A DNA stretch of 64,000 nucleotides from an uncultured Eubacteriales bacterium (GTDB lineage: Bacteria; Bacillota; Clostridia; Lachnospirales; CAZQDT01): NCBI GenBank assembly GCA_964592005.1, contig CAZQDT010000001.1:602-64601 (forward strand), written 5' to 3'. Position 1 is the first letter of the stretch. Every line of letters begins with the position of its first letter. The translations under genes were made by a program, and so were the position numbers. The notes below the pieces were generated by a model. That model saw only the letters and a list, made by a program, of their open reading frames with translations. It did no database searches and was not told the origin of the DNA. This document shows positions 28,271-38,032 of this stretch, one piece after another.

Positions 28271-28299
28271 TTGAAATAAATACAAAACTATGATATAGT
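28271..28299 (+). promoter_or_regulatory. promoter of the candidate antisense sRNA
   Basis: TTGAAA (28271-28276), 17-nt spacer, TGaTATAGT extended -10 (28291-28299). Confidence 0.5.
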
Positions 28300-28305
28300 A
28301 AATAT

Positions 28306-28406
28306 AAAGAAAGCATCCACTCCAAAGTGGATTGCCTACCGAATGAAGATTTTGTTTTTAAGACGCTACCTATTCTGTGGCTAGACAGGATAGGTAGTAT
28401 TTATTT
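28306..28406 (+). ncRNA. candidate antitoxin sRNA, convergent with and overlapping the 3' end of the small toxin gene
   Basis: It lies between the promoter above and a terminator: CTACCTATTCTGT 28366-28378 pairs with ACAGGATAGGTAG 28385-28397, then TATTTATTT. It also contains a 7-bp hairpin, ATCCACT-CCAA-AGTGGAT. The 3' end covers the toxin stop codon (28401-28403). Confidence 0.4.
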
Positions 28407-28517
28407 GTGCTTATTATTCCTATCTATGTAGGTAAGCAACGCAAGTAACAAACTGCCAAAAGCAATCAATAACATTAATATGTTTATAAATGTGGATATG
28501 ATTTCAAAGTTTGTCAT
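28401..28517 (-). CDS. 38-aa hydrophobic peptide, Hol-Tox-like (putative holin-like / type I toxin)
   Basis: Hand translation gives MTNFEIISTFINILMLLIAFGSLLLALLTYIDRNNKHK*. A GGGAGG RBS lies 7 nt upstream of the ATG. The peptide has one TM helix and a basic tail, the pattern of the Firmicutes Hol-Tox family (Pfam Hol_Tox). It is below the ORF-track size cutoff. Confidence 0.6.
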   Translation of the reverse strand: MTNFEIISTFINILMLLIAFGSLLLALLTYIDRNNKHK

Positions 28518-28588
28518 AGCATTACCTCCCTTCTTATATTCTAAGTTCGGGAGGCTACCACCCTGTCATGGATGACTTTCATAGGAGC

Positions 28589-28617
28589 ATTTTAACATAT
28601 TATTGTAAATTTTGCAA
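28589..28617 (-). promoter_or_regulatory. promoter of the small toxin gene
   Basis: On the minus strand: TTGCAA (28617-28612), 17-nt spacer, TAAAAT (28594-28589). The leader contains CCTCCC (28552-28547), complementary to the GGGAGG SD (28529-28524). Confidence 0.5.
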
Positions 28618-28657
28618 TCAAAAAGATGGTTTTCAAACAGCAAAAACCATCTTTTTG
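28618..28657 (-). terminator. terminator of ABC exporter operon 2
   Basis: Perfect 16-bp stem TCAAAAAGATGGTTTT / AAAACCATCTTTTTGA with an 8-nt loop, directly after the stop at 28668. Confidence 0.6.
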
Positions 28658-28667
28658 ATTATATATT

Positions 28668-30518
28668 TTATGTTTCAATTCCTGCAAATTGATTTTGATA
28701 AAGGTTATAATAACAACCTTTCTGTTTGAGCAATTCTTCGTGACTTCCTGCCTCTGCAACTACTCCCTTATCTATAACAACGATGATATCGGCATCACGT
28801 ATAGTTGAAAGTCTATGAGCTATGATAAAACTTGTTCTGCCTTTCATAAGTGAAATCATAGCATTTTGTATGTGCATTTCCGTACGTGTATCTATGGAAG
28901 AAGTAGCCTCATCAAGTATAAGTATTTTAGGGTCTGCAAGTACAGCTCTTGCAATGGATATAAGCTGACGCTGTCCCTGACTAAGATTGCTTCCATTTTC
29001 TGTAAGCATTGTGTTGTAGCCATCTGCAAGTTTTTCTGCAAATTTATCTACATTGGCTGTTATAGCCGCTTTTTTGATATCTTCATCTGTTGCATTAAGA
29101 TTACCATAACGTATATTAGCGGCTATGGTATCTGAAAATATTATAGTGTCCTGAAGAACAATAGCAATACTTTTTCTTAAAGTTTCTTTAGGAATATCAT
29201 TTATATTTATACCATCAAGCTTAATAGTGCCACTATCGACATCATAAAAACGTGTAAGAAGATTTACGACAGTAGTTTTTCCTGAACCGGTAGCACCTAC
29301 AATGGCAATCTTTTGACCACTTTTTACATTAAGGTTAAAACCTTTTAAAACAGGTTCATTAGGAACATAAGAAAATTTTATATCTTTAAATTCAAGATTT
29401 CCTTTTACATCTTCAACTTTGAAATTAGCTTTTCCTGCATCTAATTCAGGTTCTGCATCTATTATTTCAAATACACGTTCAGCACAGGCAATTGCTGTCT
29501 GAATTGAAGCATATTGATTTGCAATTTCATTTATAGGTCTTGTAAACTGTTTGGAATATAAAATAAAAGCTTGAATAATACCTATTGTGATAACACCTTC
29601 AATAGCAAGCCAACCGCCAAAACCGGCAATTATCAAAAAGCTTAGATTTCCTATGACATTCATAAGAGGTCCCATACAACCACCGACAGCTTGAGCTTTA
29701 ATTGCACATATTTTATATTCCTGACTTAATTCATTAAATTGTGCTTGAGATTTTTCTTCTTTCCCAAAAGCAATAACTGTTTTGTAACCACTTACCATTT
29801 CTTCTACATGGCCATTTACACGTCCGAGTATTCGTTGTTGTTCAGGAAAATATTTTCTCATAAATTTTGTCATATATTTTGTGGTAATTACTGTAAATAC
29901 AATAGTAATCATACTTATAAAAGTAAGTAAAGGACTGTAATACAACATAATTGCAAAACAACCTATAAGAGTAATTACACCCGAAAATAAAGAAGCAATT
30001 GACTGTGAAATAGTGTTTGAAATATTTTCAACATCATTTGTCATACGGCTCATAATATCTCCGTGTTTATGGGTATCTACATATTTAATAGGAAGATATT
30101 CAATTTTTGAAAATAAATCCTGACGCATCTTTTTGACAGTAGACTGTGACAATTTCGCAGCTGTAATACCTTGTATATAGGTAAGTGCAGAAGAAATCAA
30201 GTAAGTTAAAAGTAAAATTACTAGGGTGCTTATAAGACCTTCTTTATCTATATGTAAAGTATTCTCATCAATGGTTATTTTATCTATTGCCATACCCTGT
30301 AAAGATGGTGCGGCAAGTGAAAGTAAAGTAGTTGCTAACATAATTACAATTAAGGTTATAACTAAATATTTGTTGCTACCAACATAGGCAACAAGTTTTT
30401 TGATAGTGCCTTTGGCATCTTTTGCTTTTTCAACAGGCATTCCTCTTCCTGGACCGCCCGGTCCTCTTCCACCCGGTCTTAATGGAACGGTAGGAGTTTC
30501 TCTTCTTTCTTCAGCCAT
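28668..30518 (-). CDS. ABC exporter permease/ATPase, subunit 2 of heterodimer (paralog of 8734..10584)
   Basis: 616 aa. Walker A GATGSGKTT, variant signature LSQGQRQL, Walker B LILDEATS. Same Gly/Pro/Arg-rich N-terminal tail (RPGGRGPGGPGRGMP...EKAKD). Confidence 0.9.
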   Translation of the reverse strand: MAEERRETPTVPLRPGGRGPGGPGRGMPVEKAKDAKGTIKKLVAYVGSNKYLVITLIVIMLATTLLSLAAPSLQGMAIDKITIDENTLHIDKEGLISTLVILLLTYLISSALTYIQGITAAKLSQSTVKKMRQDLFSKIEYLPIKYVDTHKHGDIMSRMTNDVENISNTISQSIASLFSGVITLIGCFAIMLYYSPLLTFISMITIVFTVITTKYMTKFMRKYFPEQQRILGRVNGHVEEMVSGYKTVIAFGKEEKSQAQFNELSQEYKICAIKAQAVGGCMGPLMNVIGNLSFLIIAGFGGWLAIEGVITIGIIQAFILYSKQFTRPINEIANQYASIQTAIACAERVFEIIDAEPELDAGKANFKVEDVKGNLEFKDIKFSYVPNEPVLKGFNLNVKSGQKIAIVGATGSGKTTVVNLLTRFYDVDSGTIKLDGININDIPKETLRKSIAIVLQDTIIFSDTIAANIRYGNLNATDEDIKKAAITANVDKFAEKLADGYNTMLTENGSNLSQGQRQLISIARAVLADPKILILDEATSSIDTRTEMHIQNAMISLMKGRTSFIIAHRLSTIRDADIIVVIDKGVVAEAGSHEELLKQKGCYYNLYQNQFAGIET

Positions 30519-32251
30519 TATTTATCCTCCTCCTTTTTCATCTGAGAGTTATAAATATCTTGATATACTTCACAGCTTTTCATAAGATTTTCGTGATTAT
30601 CAAATGCGACAAGGTTTCCGTTTTCGATTACCGCTATTCTGTCAGCATTCATAACACTTGCAATACGTTGTGCAATCATAATTATTGTAGTATCTTTTAA
30701 ATTTTCACGAAGAGCTTTTTGAAGTTTAGCTTCTGTTGCGAGGTCTAAAGCAGAGGTACTATCGTCAAAAATAAGTATTTCGGGATTTTTTAAAATAGCC
30801 CTTGCGATTGACATACGTTGCTTCTGACCTCCTGAAAGAGAAGCACCTTTTTCGCTTACGTAAGCATTATAAGTACCATTAAATTTAGCGATAAATTCAG
30901 AAGCTTGTGCAATTTCGGCAGCTTTAGCAACTTCCTTATCAGTTGCTTTTTCATTTCCCCAGCGAATATTTTCAGCTATTGTTCCTGAAAATAATTCACT
31001 TTTTTGTAAAACAAATCCTATTTTGTTTCTTAAATAATCGAGAGAATATTCTTTTATATTTACTCCGTCAATAAATATTTCTCCGTCAGTAGCATCATAA
31101 AAACGTGGTATAAGATTTACAAGTGAAGTTTTTCCGCAACCCGTAGCACCTAATATAGCGATAGTTTCGCCATGTTTTATATCAAATGAAATATTGTTTA
31201 ATACAGGTTTTGATGAAAAATTAGGGTAATGGAAATTTACATTTTTAAAACTTACAGTACCAACAGAAGTTTCTTTATTATTTTTGCCATCGTAATTTCC
31301 ACTTTTTACAGCTGGTTCTGTATCAAGAACTTCAATAATTCTTTTTGCAGAAGCACTTGCACGGGAAACGCTTTGGAACATATTTCCAAGCATCATAACA
31401 GACATCAAAATTTGTGTTATATATGTAATAGCAGCCATTACTTCTCCGACTTGCATATTTCTTGCTTCTACCTGCATACCGCCCATATAGATTATAGCGA
31501 TTACTGATACATTCATTATTACCATAAGTATAGGGTTAAGTGTAGCCATAAGTTTTTGAACTTTTAAAGTATGATTTATAAGGTCATCATTTGCTTCTGA
31601 AAAACGGTTTATTTCATAATCTTCTCTTACATATGCTTTTACAACTCTTGCACCTGAAACATTTTCCTGTACAACAGAGTTTACTTTATCAAGCTTTGAT
31701 TGAACTATTCCGAAAAGAGGACTTGCTTTTGAGAGAAGCAGCCATAAAAAACAAAGCTGAATAGGAAGTGAAACTGCCATTATTAAGGCAAAATTTACAT
31801 TAAGTGAAAGAGCCATTACTATACCGCCCACAAACTGCATGGTTGTTCTTACAAACATTCTTAATGCCATTCCGACAAAATCCTGAGTAGCGGTAATATC
31901 ATTTGTAAGACGTGTAACAAGTGAACCAGTGGTGAATTTATCAGTCTGTTGATAAGATAAATTCATTACACTTTTGAAAGTATCTTTACGTAAATCATTT
32001 CCAAAACTCATAGCGGATATATTGCCAAAAAGGCTGGAAAGAATACCGCCAAGACACCCTAAAAGCACAAGTCCAAACATTAAAATTCCGGTTTTGAGAA
32101 TTAATTCCATATTTCCAGCGAGTACACCATCATCTACTATCTTTGACATAAGTTTAGGTTGCAAGAGGTCCATAGATACCTCTAACACCATAGCCAAAGG
32201 AGATAGAAGGGCAAAAAGCCAATATGGTTTTAAATATTTTTTTAGTTTCAT
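30518..32251 (-). CDS. ABC exporter permease/ATPase, subunit 1 of heterodimer (paralog of 6974..8734)
   Basis: 577 aa. Walker A GATGCGKTS and signature LSGGQKQR. Walker B is ILIFDDS, with Asp instead of the catalytic Glu. Its stop overlaps the downstream start by 1 nt, as in operon 1. Confidence 0.9.
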   Translation of the reverse strand: MKLKKYLKPYWLFALLSPLAMVLEVSMDLLQPKLMSKIVDDGVLAGNMELILKTGILMFGLVLLGCLGGILSSLFGNISAMSFGNDLRKDTFKSVMNLSYQQTDKFTTGSLVTRLTNDITATQDFVGMALRMFVRTTMQFVGGIVMALSLNVNFALIMAVSLPIQLCFLWLLLSKASPLFGIVQSKLDKVNSVVQENVSGARVVKAYVREDYEINRFSEANDDLINHTLKVQKLMATLNPILMVIMNVSVIAIIYMGGMQVEARNMQVGEVMAAITYITQILMSVMMLGNMFQSVSRASASAKRIIEVLDTEPAVKSGNYDGKNNKETSVGTVSFKNVNFHYPNFSSKPVLNNISFDIKHGETIAILGATGCGKTSLVNLIPRFYDATDGEIFIDGVNIKEYSLDYLRNKIGFVLQKSELFSGTIAENIRWGNEKATDKEVAKAAEIAQASEFIAKFNGTYNAYVSEKGASLSGGQKQRMSIARAILKNPEILIFDDSTSALDLATEAKLQKALRENLKDTTIIMIAQRIASVMNADRIAVIENGNLVAFDNHENLMKSCEVYQDIYNSQMKKEEDK

Positions 32252-32400
32252 TAAAACCCTTCTTTCTACATAAAATATATTTAATATCCAATTACTTATT
32301 TTATCATATAAAAATTAGGATAACAAATGTTTTAAAAAATTTAATTAAACTTTAATATTAAAGTGTTAATGATAGGTTATGCTTTAACCATGACAAATAC

Positions 32401-32446
32401 ACAAATGTCATTTTTTGCCCCAATTTTTGACATTATTCCAGAAAAC
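32401..32446 (-). promoter_or_regulatory. 46-nt conserved palindrome-bearing element, copy B (upstream of ABC operon 2)
   Basis: The reverse complement, GTTTTCTGGAATAATGTCAAAAATTGGGGCAAAAAATGACATTTGT, is 39/46 identical to 6285-6330. It lies 150 nt upstream of the ABC start and has the same orientation relative to the operon. Confidence 0.6.
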
Positions 32447-32589
32447 AGAATGCCCATATAATATAGATTAATGCGTTCTTCTTAGAGAGGACGTTTTGAA
32501 ATATTTACAAAAATCAAGAATTATGGTATTATCCTATAATAATATAAAAATGACATATTTTTATATATTTTAATAAGGGGGTTATTGTA

Positions 32590-34146
32590 ATGGATGGTAA
32601 TACAATCCAAATTTTAATAGCTATGATAATATATATGGCTATTGTAATTATTATTGGACTTGTTTTTGCCAAAAGAGCAAATCAAAGTTCAGATGATTAT
32701 TTTTTAGGAGGGCGTTCGCTTGGACCATGGGTAACAGCAATGAGTGCAGAAGCATCTGATATGAGCGGCTGGCTTCTTATGGGTTTACCTGGTTTAGCTT
32801 ATTGGTGTGGTTTAGCAGATGCTGCTTGGACAGCCATAGGTCTTGCGGTTGGTACATATCTTAACTGGCTTATTGTTTCAAAAAGACTTCGTCGTTATAG
32901 TATAAGAGCAAATAATTCAATTACTCTTCCTGATTTCTTTTCAAATAGATTTCGTGAAGACAAAAAAGTAATTATGACATTATCAGCATTATTTATTCTT
33001 ATTTTCTTTACCGTTTATGCGGCAAGCTGTTTTGTTACTTGTGGTAAATTATTTGCTACGCTTTTTGATATGCCTTATGTATCAATGATGATTGTAGGAG
33101 CAGTATTTGTGTTATTATACACAATACTTGGTGGATTTTTGGCTGAAAGTGCTTCAGATTTTATGCAGAGTATAGTGATGATTGTAGCACTTATTGTTAT
33201 TGTGGTGGTAAGTACAGTAAATGCAGGTGGCATAGGTGAAGTTATTGAAAATGCAAAGTCTATACCGGGATTTTTTGAATTTTTTGGATTGGCAAATCCT
33301 ACACTTGGTACAGATAATTTACAGATAGTTGAAGCTGGTAAGCCAGTGTTTGGTGAGTCTTTGAATTATGGTTTGTTAAAGATTTTTTCAATGCTTGCAT
33401 GGGGATTGGGATATTTTGGAATGCCACAGGTATTACTTCGTTTTATGGCAATTCGTAAAGAAGAAGAACTTGTTCGTTCAAGAAGAATAGCAATGGTATG
33501 GGTAGTTATATCTTTGACAGTTGCTATATTTATCGGTATTGTAGGAAGAAGGCTTTTCCCAACAGTACATTTAACAGCATCTGATGCAGAAAATATATTT
33601 ATTACACTTGCTACAAATTCATTGCCTCCTATTTTAGCAGGTTTTGTAATGGCAGGTATTCTTGCGGCAACTATAAGTTCATCAGATTCATATCTTTTGA
33701 TTGCGGCATCTGCTGTTGCTAAGAATATTTATCAAGGTATGTTTAATAAAAAAGCAACTGATAAACAGGTTATGAATGTTTCAAGAATTACATTGCTTGC
33801 TATTGCTTTGATTGCGATTGTGATTGCTATGGACGAAAATAGTGTTATTTTTAAAGTGGTTTCATTTGCATGGGCAGGTTTTGGTGCTACATTTGGTCCT
33901 ATTATGCTGTTTTCTCTTTTCTGGAAGAGAACAAATAGTGCAGGAGCTATTGCTGGTATGGTAGGTGGTGCAGGAATGGTATTTTTATGGAAACTTGTAA
34001 TTAGTAATTTGGGTGGAATATTTGGAATATATGAATTACTTCCTGCATTTATTTTCTCTGCAATCTGCATTGTTGTTGTTTCTCTTTTGACAGCACCTCC
34101 TTCAAAAGAAATTGAAGAAGATTTTGAAGCTGTCAAAGTAAAATAA
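32590..34146 (+). CDS. putP: sodium:proline symporter (SSS family)
   Basis: 518 aa with a GGGGG RBS. About 13 TM segments and a PutP-type N-terminus (DDYFLGGRSLGPWVTAMSAEASDMSGWLLMGLPG). Confidence 0.85.
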   Translation: MDGNTIQILIAMIIYMAIVIIIGLVFAKRANQSSDDYFLGGRSLGPWVTAMSAEASDMSGWLLMGLPGLAYWCGLADAAWTAIGLAVGTYLNWLIVSKRLRRYSIRANNSITLPDFFSNRFREDKKVIMTLSALFILIFFTVYAASCFVTCGKLFATLFDMPYVSMMIVGAVFVLLYTILGGFLAESASDFMQSIVMIVALIVIVVVSTVNAGGIGEVIENAKSIPGFFEFFGLANPTLGTDNLQIVEAGKPVFGESLNYGLLKIFSMLAWGLGYFGMPQVLLRFMAIRKEEELVRSRRIAMVWVVISLTVAIFIGIVGRRLFPTVHLTASDAENIFITLATNSLPPILAGFVMAGILAATISSSDSYLLIAASAVAKNIYQGMFNKKATDKQVMNVSRITLLAIALIAIVIAMDENSVIFKVVSFAWAGFGATFGPIMLFSLFWKRTNSAGAIAGMVGGAGMVFLWKLVISNLGGIFGIYELLPAFIFSAICIVVVSLLTAPPSKEIEEDFEAVKVK

Positions 34147-34161
34147 ATATTATATTTAAAA

Positions 34162-34196
34162 AAGCAGCCAAACATTAATTATGAATGGCTGCTTTA
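34162..34196. terminator. bidirectional terminator between putP and the CNNM genes
   Basis: AAAGCAGCCA / TGGCTGCTTT 10-bp stem with a 15-nt loop, flanked by an A-run and a T-rich tail. Confidence 0.6.
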
Positions 34197-34199
34197 GTT

Positions 34200-35465
34200 T
34201 TATATTAACTCTTCCTCTTCTTCTACTGGCTCATTTACTTTTACAGAAAGTTTGACAACTCTCAGATTGTCCATTTCCTTAACTGTAATTTCAAGATTTT
34301 TATATTCAAATTTATCGCCTTCATTTGGATAATCGCCGAGCATTTGGATTGCCCAGCCACCTAATGTAGCGTTGTCATCGTCAAAGTCTTTATCATCAAT
34401 ATCCATTTCATCAAAGAAGTCGTATATACGCATATCACCATCGACTTCATAGAAATCATCAGATACTTCCTTGACTTCATCTTCTATTATATCTGATTCA
34501 TCCCAGATATCACCGACAAGCTGTTCTAAGACATCTTCCATTGTAAGTATACCCATTGTTCCGCCATATTCATCAGTAACTATGACTATATGGGATTTTT
34601 TGGATTTCATAATTGTAAATACTTCAGAAATCTGCATAGTCTTGTGAACAAAAACAGCAGGCATTAAAAGTTCTTGAATATTAATTTTTTGTTCATCGAC
34701 AAGCTCTTTAAATACACTGTTAAGATGAAGTATACCTATAATATTATCTGGAGTATCCGAGTAAACAGGTATACGTGAACGAGGTGAATTTTTAATAGTT
34801 TCAATTATTTTATCATAATCATCTTCTATGTCTATGGCAATCATATCGACACGAGGTGTTATGATTTCATATGCCAAAACATCATTGAAATCTAAAGCAC
34901 TTTGGAAAAGTTCACTTTGTTCTTCGTCAAGAACTCCCTCATCTTCAGCAGTATCTATAATACTCTCTAAATCATCTTCAGTAACAGATGGTCCTTTAGG
35001 AAGAAGACCTTCCCATAATTTGGATACTAATTTTACGAAAGATAATATCAACCATACAAAAGGTGTTAATACAGTCATAAGAATTCTTAAAGGTACGGCA
35101 GCAATTATTACAAATGTATTAAAAAATTGATTTGCAAGTATTTTAGGGAAGATTTCACCAAAAATAAGTATTACTACCGTCATTATTAAGGTAGATGCCC
35201 AAGCAAAATTTTCTCCTAAAATTTCAATTATTATTACTGTTGCAACTGATGAAGATGCAATATTAACAAGGTTATTTCCTAACAATATAGTTGTCAGTGC
35301 CTTATCATAATTTTTATATATATAGTAAGCAAATTTTGCGACAATATTGTTGCCATTTTCTGCCTTGTTTTTTAAACGATTTTCATTTACTAAGGTGTAG
35401 GAAAGCTCAGAAGCTGAAAAGAATGCAGAAAAAGCAATAAATATAACTATTAAAAGGTAACTCAT
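34200..35465 (-). CDS. CNNM/CorC-family membrane protein (DUF21 + CBS pair + CorC_HlyC)
   Basis: 421 aa. N-terminal 4-TM DUF21 (SASELSY, LLGNNLVNI), a CBS pair, and a C-terminal transporter-associated domain (GGWAIQMLGDYPNEGDKFEY). Confidence 0.8.
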   Translation of the reverse strand: MSYLLIVIFIAFSAFFSASELSYTLVNENRLKNKAENGNNIVAKFAYYIYKNYDKALTTILLGNNLVNIASSSVATVIIIEILGENFAWASTLIMTVVILIFGEIFPKILANQFFNTFVIIAAVPLRILMTVLTPFVWLILSFVKLVSKLWEGLLPKGPSVTEDDLESIIDTAEDEGVLDEEQSELFQSALDFNDVLAYEIITPRVDMIAIDIEDDYDKIIETIKNSPRSRIPVYSDTPDNIIGILHLNSVFKELVDEQKINIQELLMPAVFVHKTMQISEVFTIMKSKKSHIVIVTDEYGGTMGILTMEDVLEQLVGDIWDESDIIEDEVKEVSDDFYEVDGDMRIYDFFDEMDIDDKDFDDDNATLGGWAIQMLGDYPNEGDKFEYKNLEITVKEMDNLRVVKLSVKVNEPVEEEEELI

Positions 35466-36475
35466 TATTTAACACCTCCTAATTCTAAGTCATATTCATC
35501 ATAAATTTCTCCTACAAGCTCTTCAAGAATATCTTCCATTGTAAGTATTCCTAATACTTTATTTCCTTCATAAATAAACACTAAGTGAGTTTTACTACTG
35601 CTCATTTTTGATAAAAGGTCATCAATAGGAGTATTCGCATCTATTTTCTTTGTTTTGTACATAATATTTAAAACTTTAGGATTATGTTCTTTATTGTTCA
35701 TATAGGCTTTAAGATATGCTCTTATCTGTAATACTCCAATAGGATTATCATTTTTGTCAACTACTACAAGTCTTGAGTAAGTAGTTTCTTTAATTATTTT
35801 TACAATTTCTTCAGGGCTCATATCTGAAGTTATTTTCATAACTTTATTCCAAGGTGTAGCAATATCTTTTGCAATAGTGCCAGAAAATTCAACAGCACTT
35901 TGTATAAGTTCACTTTGCTGTTCATCTAAAGCACCTTCTTCTACGGCAGTTTCAATCATATCATAAAGTTCATCTTCAGTAACGGTAGGTTCTTCTTCAG
36001 CAGAACTTTTAAAATGTTTGCTTATAAAATCCGTTATAGTTGAAAAAATAAATGATATTGGTTTTAGTATTTTCATTAAAAACATTAATGAAGAGGCTAT
36101 CGTTAAAGCAAAAGTTTCGTTGCAGGCTTTCGCAAAATATTTTGGTATCATTTCTGAAAGCAGAAAGACTACAAATGTCGTAACAAGTGTTCCATATGCC
36201 ACAGCACCGCTTCCCCACATTTTAGTAACTAAGACCGTAGATATTGTAGCAACACCTATGTGCATTATATTGTTTCCAATAAGGATAGTAGTTAAAGCAT
36301 CATCAAAATTATCAAGTATGTATAATACTTTTTTTGCTTTTTTATTTCCATCATCTGCATAACTTTTCATACGAATTTTGTTTACAGAAGCAAGGGAAAT
36401 TTCAGCACCTGCGAAATAACCACCACCAATAAGTAATGCAACCAATAAAATTATCGAACTACTGACGTCGTCCAT
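35465..36475 (-). CDS. CNNM-family membrane protein (DUF21 + CBS pair, no CorC_HlyC tail)
   Basis: Its stop overlaps the next start by 1 nt. The ATG at 36475 is preferred, because the track TTG at 36487 abuts the AAGGAG SD. DUF21 motifs are present (GAEISLASV, LIGNNIMHI). Confidence 0.75.
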   Translation of the reverse strand: MDDVSSSIILLVALLIGGGYFAGAEISLASVNKIRMKSYADDGNKKAKKVLYILDNFDDALTTILIGNNIMHIGVATISTVLVTKMWGSGAVAYGTLVTTFVVFLLSEMIPKYFAKACNETFALTIASSLMFLMKILKPISFIFSTITDFISKHFKSSAEEEPTVTEDELYDMIETAVEEGALDEQQSELIQSAVEFSGTIAKDIATPWNKVMKITSDMSPEEIVKIIKETTYSRLVVVDKNDNPIGVLQIRAYLKAYMNNKEHNPKVLNIMYKTKKIDANTPIDDLLSKMSSSKTHLVFIYEGNKVLGILTMEDILEELVGEIYDEYDLELGGVK

Positions 36476-36580
36476 TAAAAAAACCAACTCCTTAAAATTA
36501 TTTATTTAGGGTAAAACCCTAGTATTTTTAATTATACTATGAAATTGCTTAATTCGTCAAAGTTCGATTTTGACGTAAAT

Positions 36581-36616
36581 ATAAAAAATAACCCTAAAAC
36601 TGATTTTTTTAGGGTT
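36581..36616 (-). terminator. terminator after the DUF815-type ATPase gene
   Basis: AACCCTAAA / TTTAGGGTT perfect 9-bp stem, followed on the minus strand by ATTTTTTAT. Confidence 0.6.
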
Positions 36617-36716
36617 TATTTAGAATTTAGGTATATCTTTTCTAGGATAAATTAGTTGTATCGCTGAATTACTCATTTTTTTCAAAAGAAAACATATTAG
36701 TTTATACTAACTTTTT

Positions 36717-38009
36717 CTATAACACTTGAGATTTAGATGTATATGAATAACTATTTATAAATTGTCTAGCAGTTCTTCCTGAACGTCCTTTTTGTGAAAG
36801 TTCCCAAGCAATAGCAGCTTTTTGCATTTCTTCGTTGTATTCCAGTCCTTCTTTTACAGCAATAGCCTCTACCATTTGTAAATACTGCTGTTGGCTAGGT
36901 TTATCATAAGTTAAAGTAAGACCAAAACGGTCAGAAAGAGAAATTTTTTCATTAAGAGAATCAGCAGCATGGACTTCTTCATTTGGATTTCCGCCTCTGT
37001 CAGACCAATTTTCCTGTATAATATGTCTTCTGTTTGAAGTTGCATAAAATAACACATTATCGGGTTTCTTTTCTGTACTTCCTTCTAAAAGAGATTTCAT
37101 ATATTTATATTCTACTTCAAAATTATCAAAAGACAAATCATCTAAGAATATAATGAATTTTTTACCTCTTTTGGCAATATATTTAAGAATATTAGGAAAT
37201 TGAATTATTTGTTCTTTAGAAATTTCGAGCAAACGTAGTCCTTGTTCAAAATATTCATTTGCAAGTGCTTTTACAGAAGAAGATTTTCCAGTTCCTCTCG
37301 AACCTACTAAAAGGACATTATTTGCAGAATAACCATTTAAAAAGGCTTCGGTATTTTCTACAAGTTCTTTACGCTGTGCTTCGTATCCTATCAAATCATC
37401 AAAAGTTATGGTATCAATATTGCTTATACCGACTATTCCTTTTTCGTTGTCCCAGCGGAACATTTTGTATTCAGCAAGCTGACCACAGCCATATTTGCTG
37501 TAATGCTCACCCATTGCTGCTGCCTTATCTTCCAAATCCGAGCATTTTAAGAATAATTCTTCATATTTTCTTGTGCGTTTATTTATTGCTCTATAATGTT
37601 CGATGTCAAATACTTTTCCAAAAAGTTCGGATACTTCTGTCATATCAAATTCCATAAGTTCTGTCATAATCTGTACATCGTTTAAAACAGCATTATAAAG
37701 GCTTGTTCTTACTTTTTCATTATATTTTTCACATTGAAGGGTATAGATGTTTTCGTCATAAAAGAAAAGATACATTATGTAATCTCTTAAAATATTTCCT
37801 GAAAAACTATGATGTTCAGCTTTTGTAATAAGTCGGCTGCACATATCAAAGTAGCAGGCACGAAGTGTGGATAAATCTACCATTTTATTGCTGGACATAA
37901 GTTCACAAATATTTTTTAAATCCTGTATTATATCATCATTTATTATATTTCGGTATACCAAAAGGCTATCTATGCCAGTGGATATTTTTTTGTAGTAATC
38001 ACGTTCCAT
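36717..38009 (-). CDS. ATP-binding protein, DUF815-type AAA ATPase
   Basis: 430 aa. Walker A LLVGSRGTGKSS and Walker B IIFLDDLSF, with a C-terminal half typical of DUF815. The N-terminal ~200 aa are unassigned. Confidence 0.7.
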   Translation of the reverse strand: MERDYYKKISTGIDSLLVYRNIINDDIIQDLKNICELMSSNKMVDLSTLRACYFDMCSRLITKAEHHSFSGNILRDYIMYLFFYDENIYTLQCEKYNEKVRTSLYNAVLNDVQIMTELMEFDMTEVSELFGKVFDIEHYRAINKRTRKYEELFLKCSDLEDKAAAMGEHYSKYGCGQLAEYKMFRWDNEKGIVGISNIDTITFDDLIGYEAQRKELVENTEAFLNGYSANNVLLVGSRGTGKSSSVKALANEYFEQGLRLLEISKEQIIQFPNILKYIAKRGKKFIIFLDDLSFDNFEVEYKYMKSLLEGSTEKKPDNVLFYATSNRRHIIQENWSDRGGNPNEEVHAADSLNEKISLSDRFGLTLTYDKPSQQQYLQMVEAIAVKEGLEYNEEMQKAAIAWELSQKGRSGRTARQFINSYSYTSKSQVL

Positions 38010-38032
38010 TATTTTTCTTCCTTTCTTTTGTA

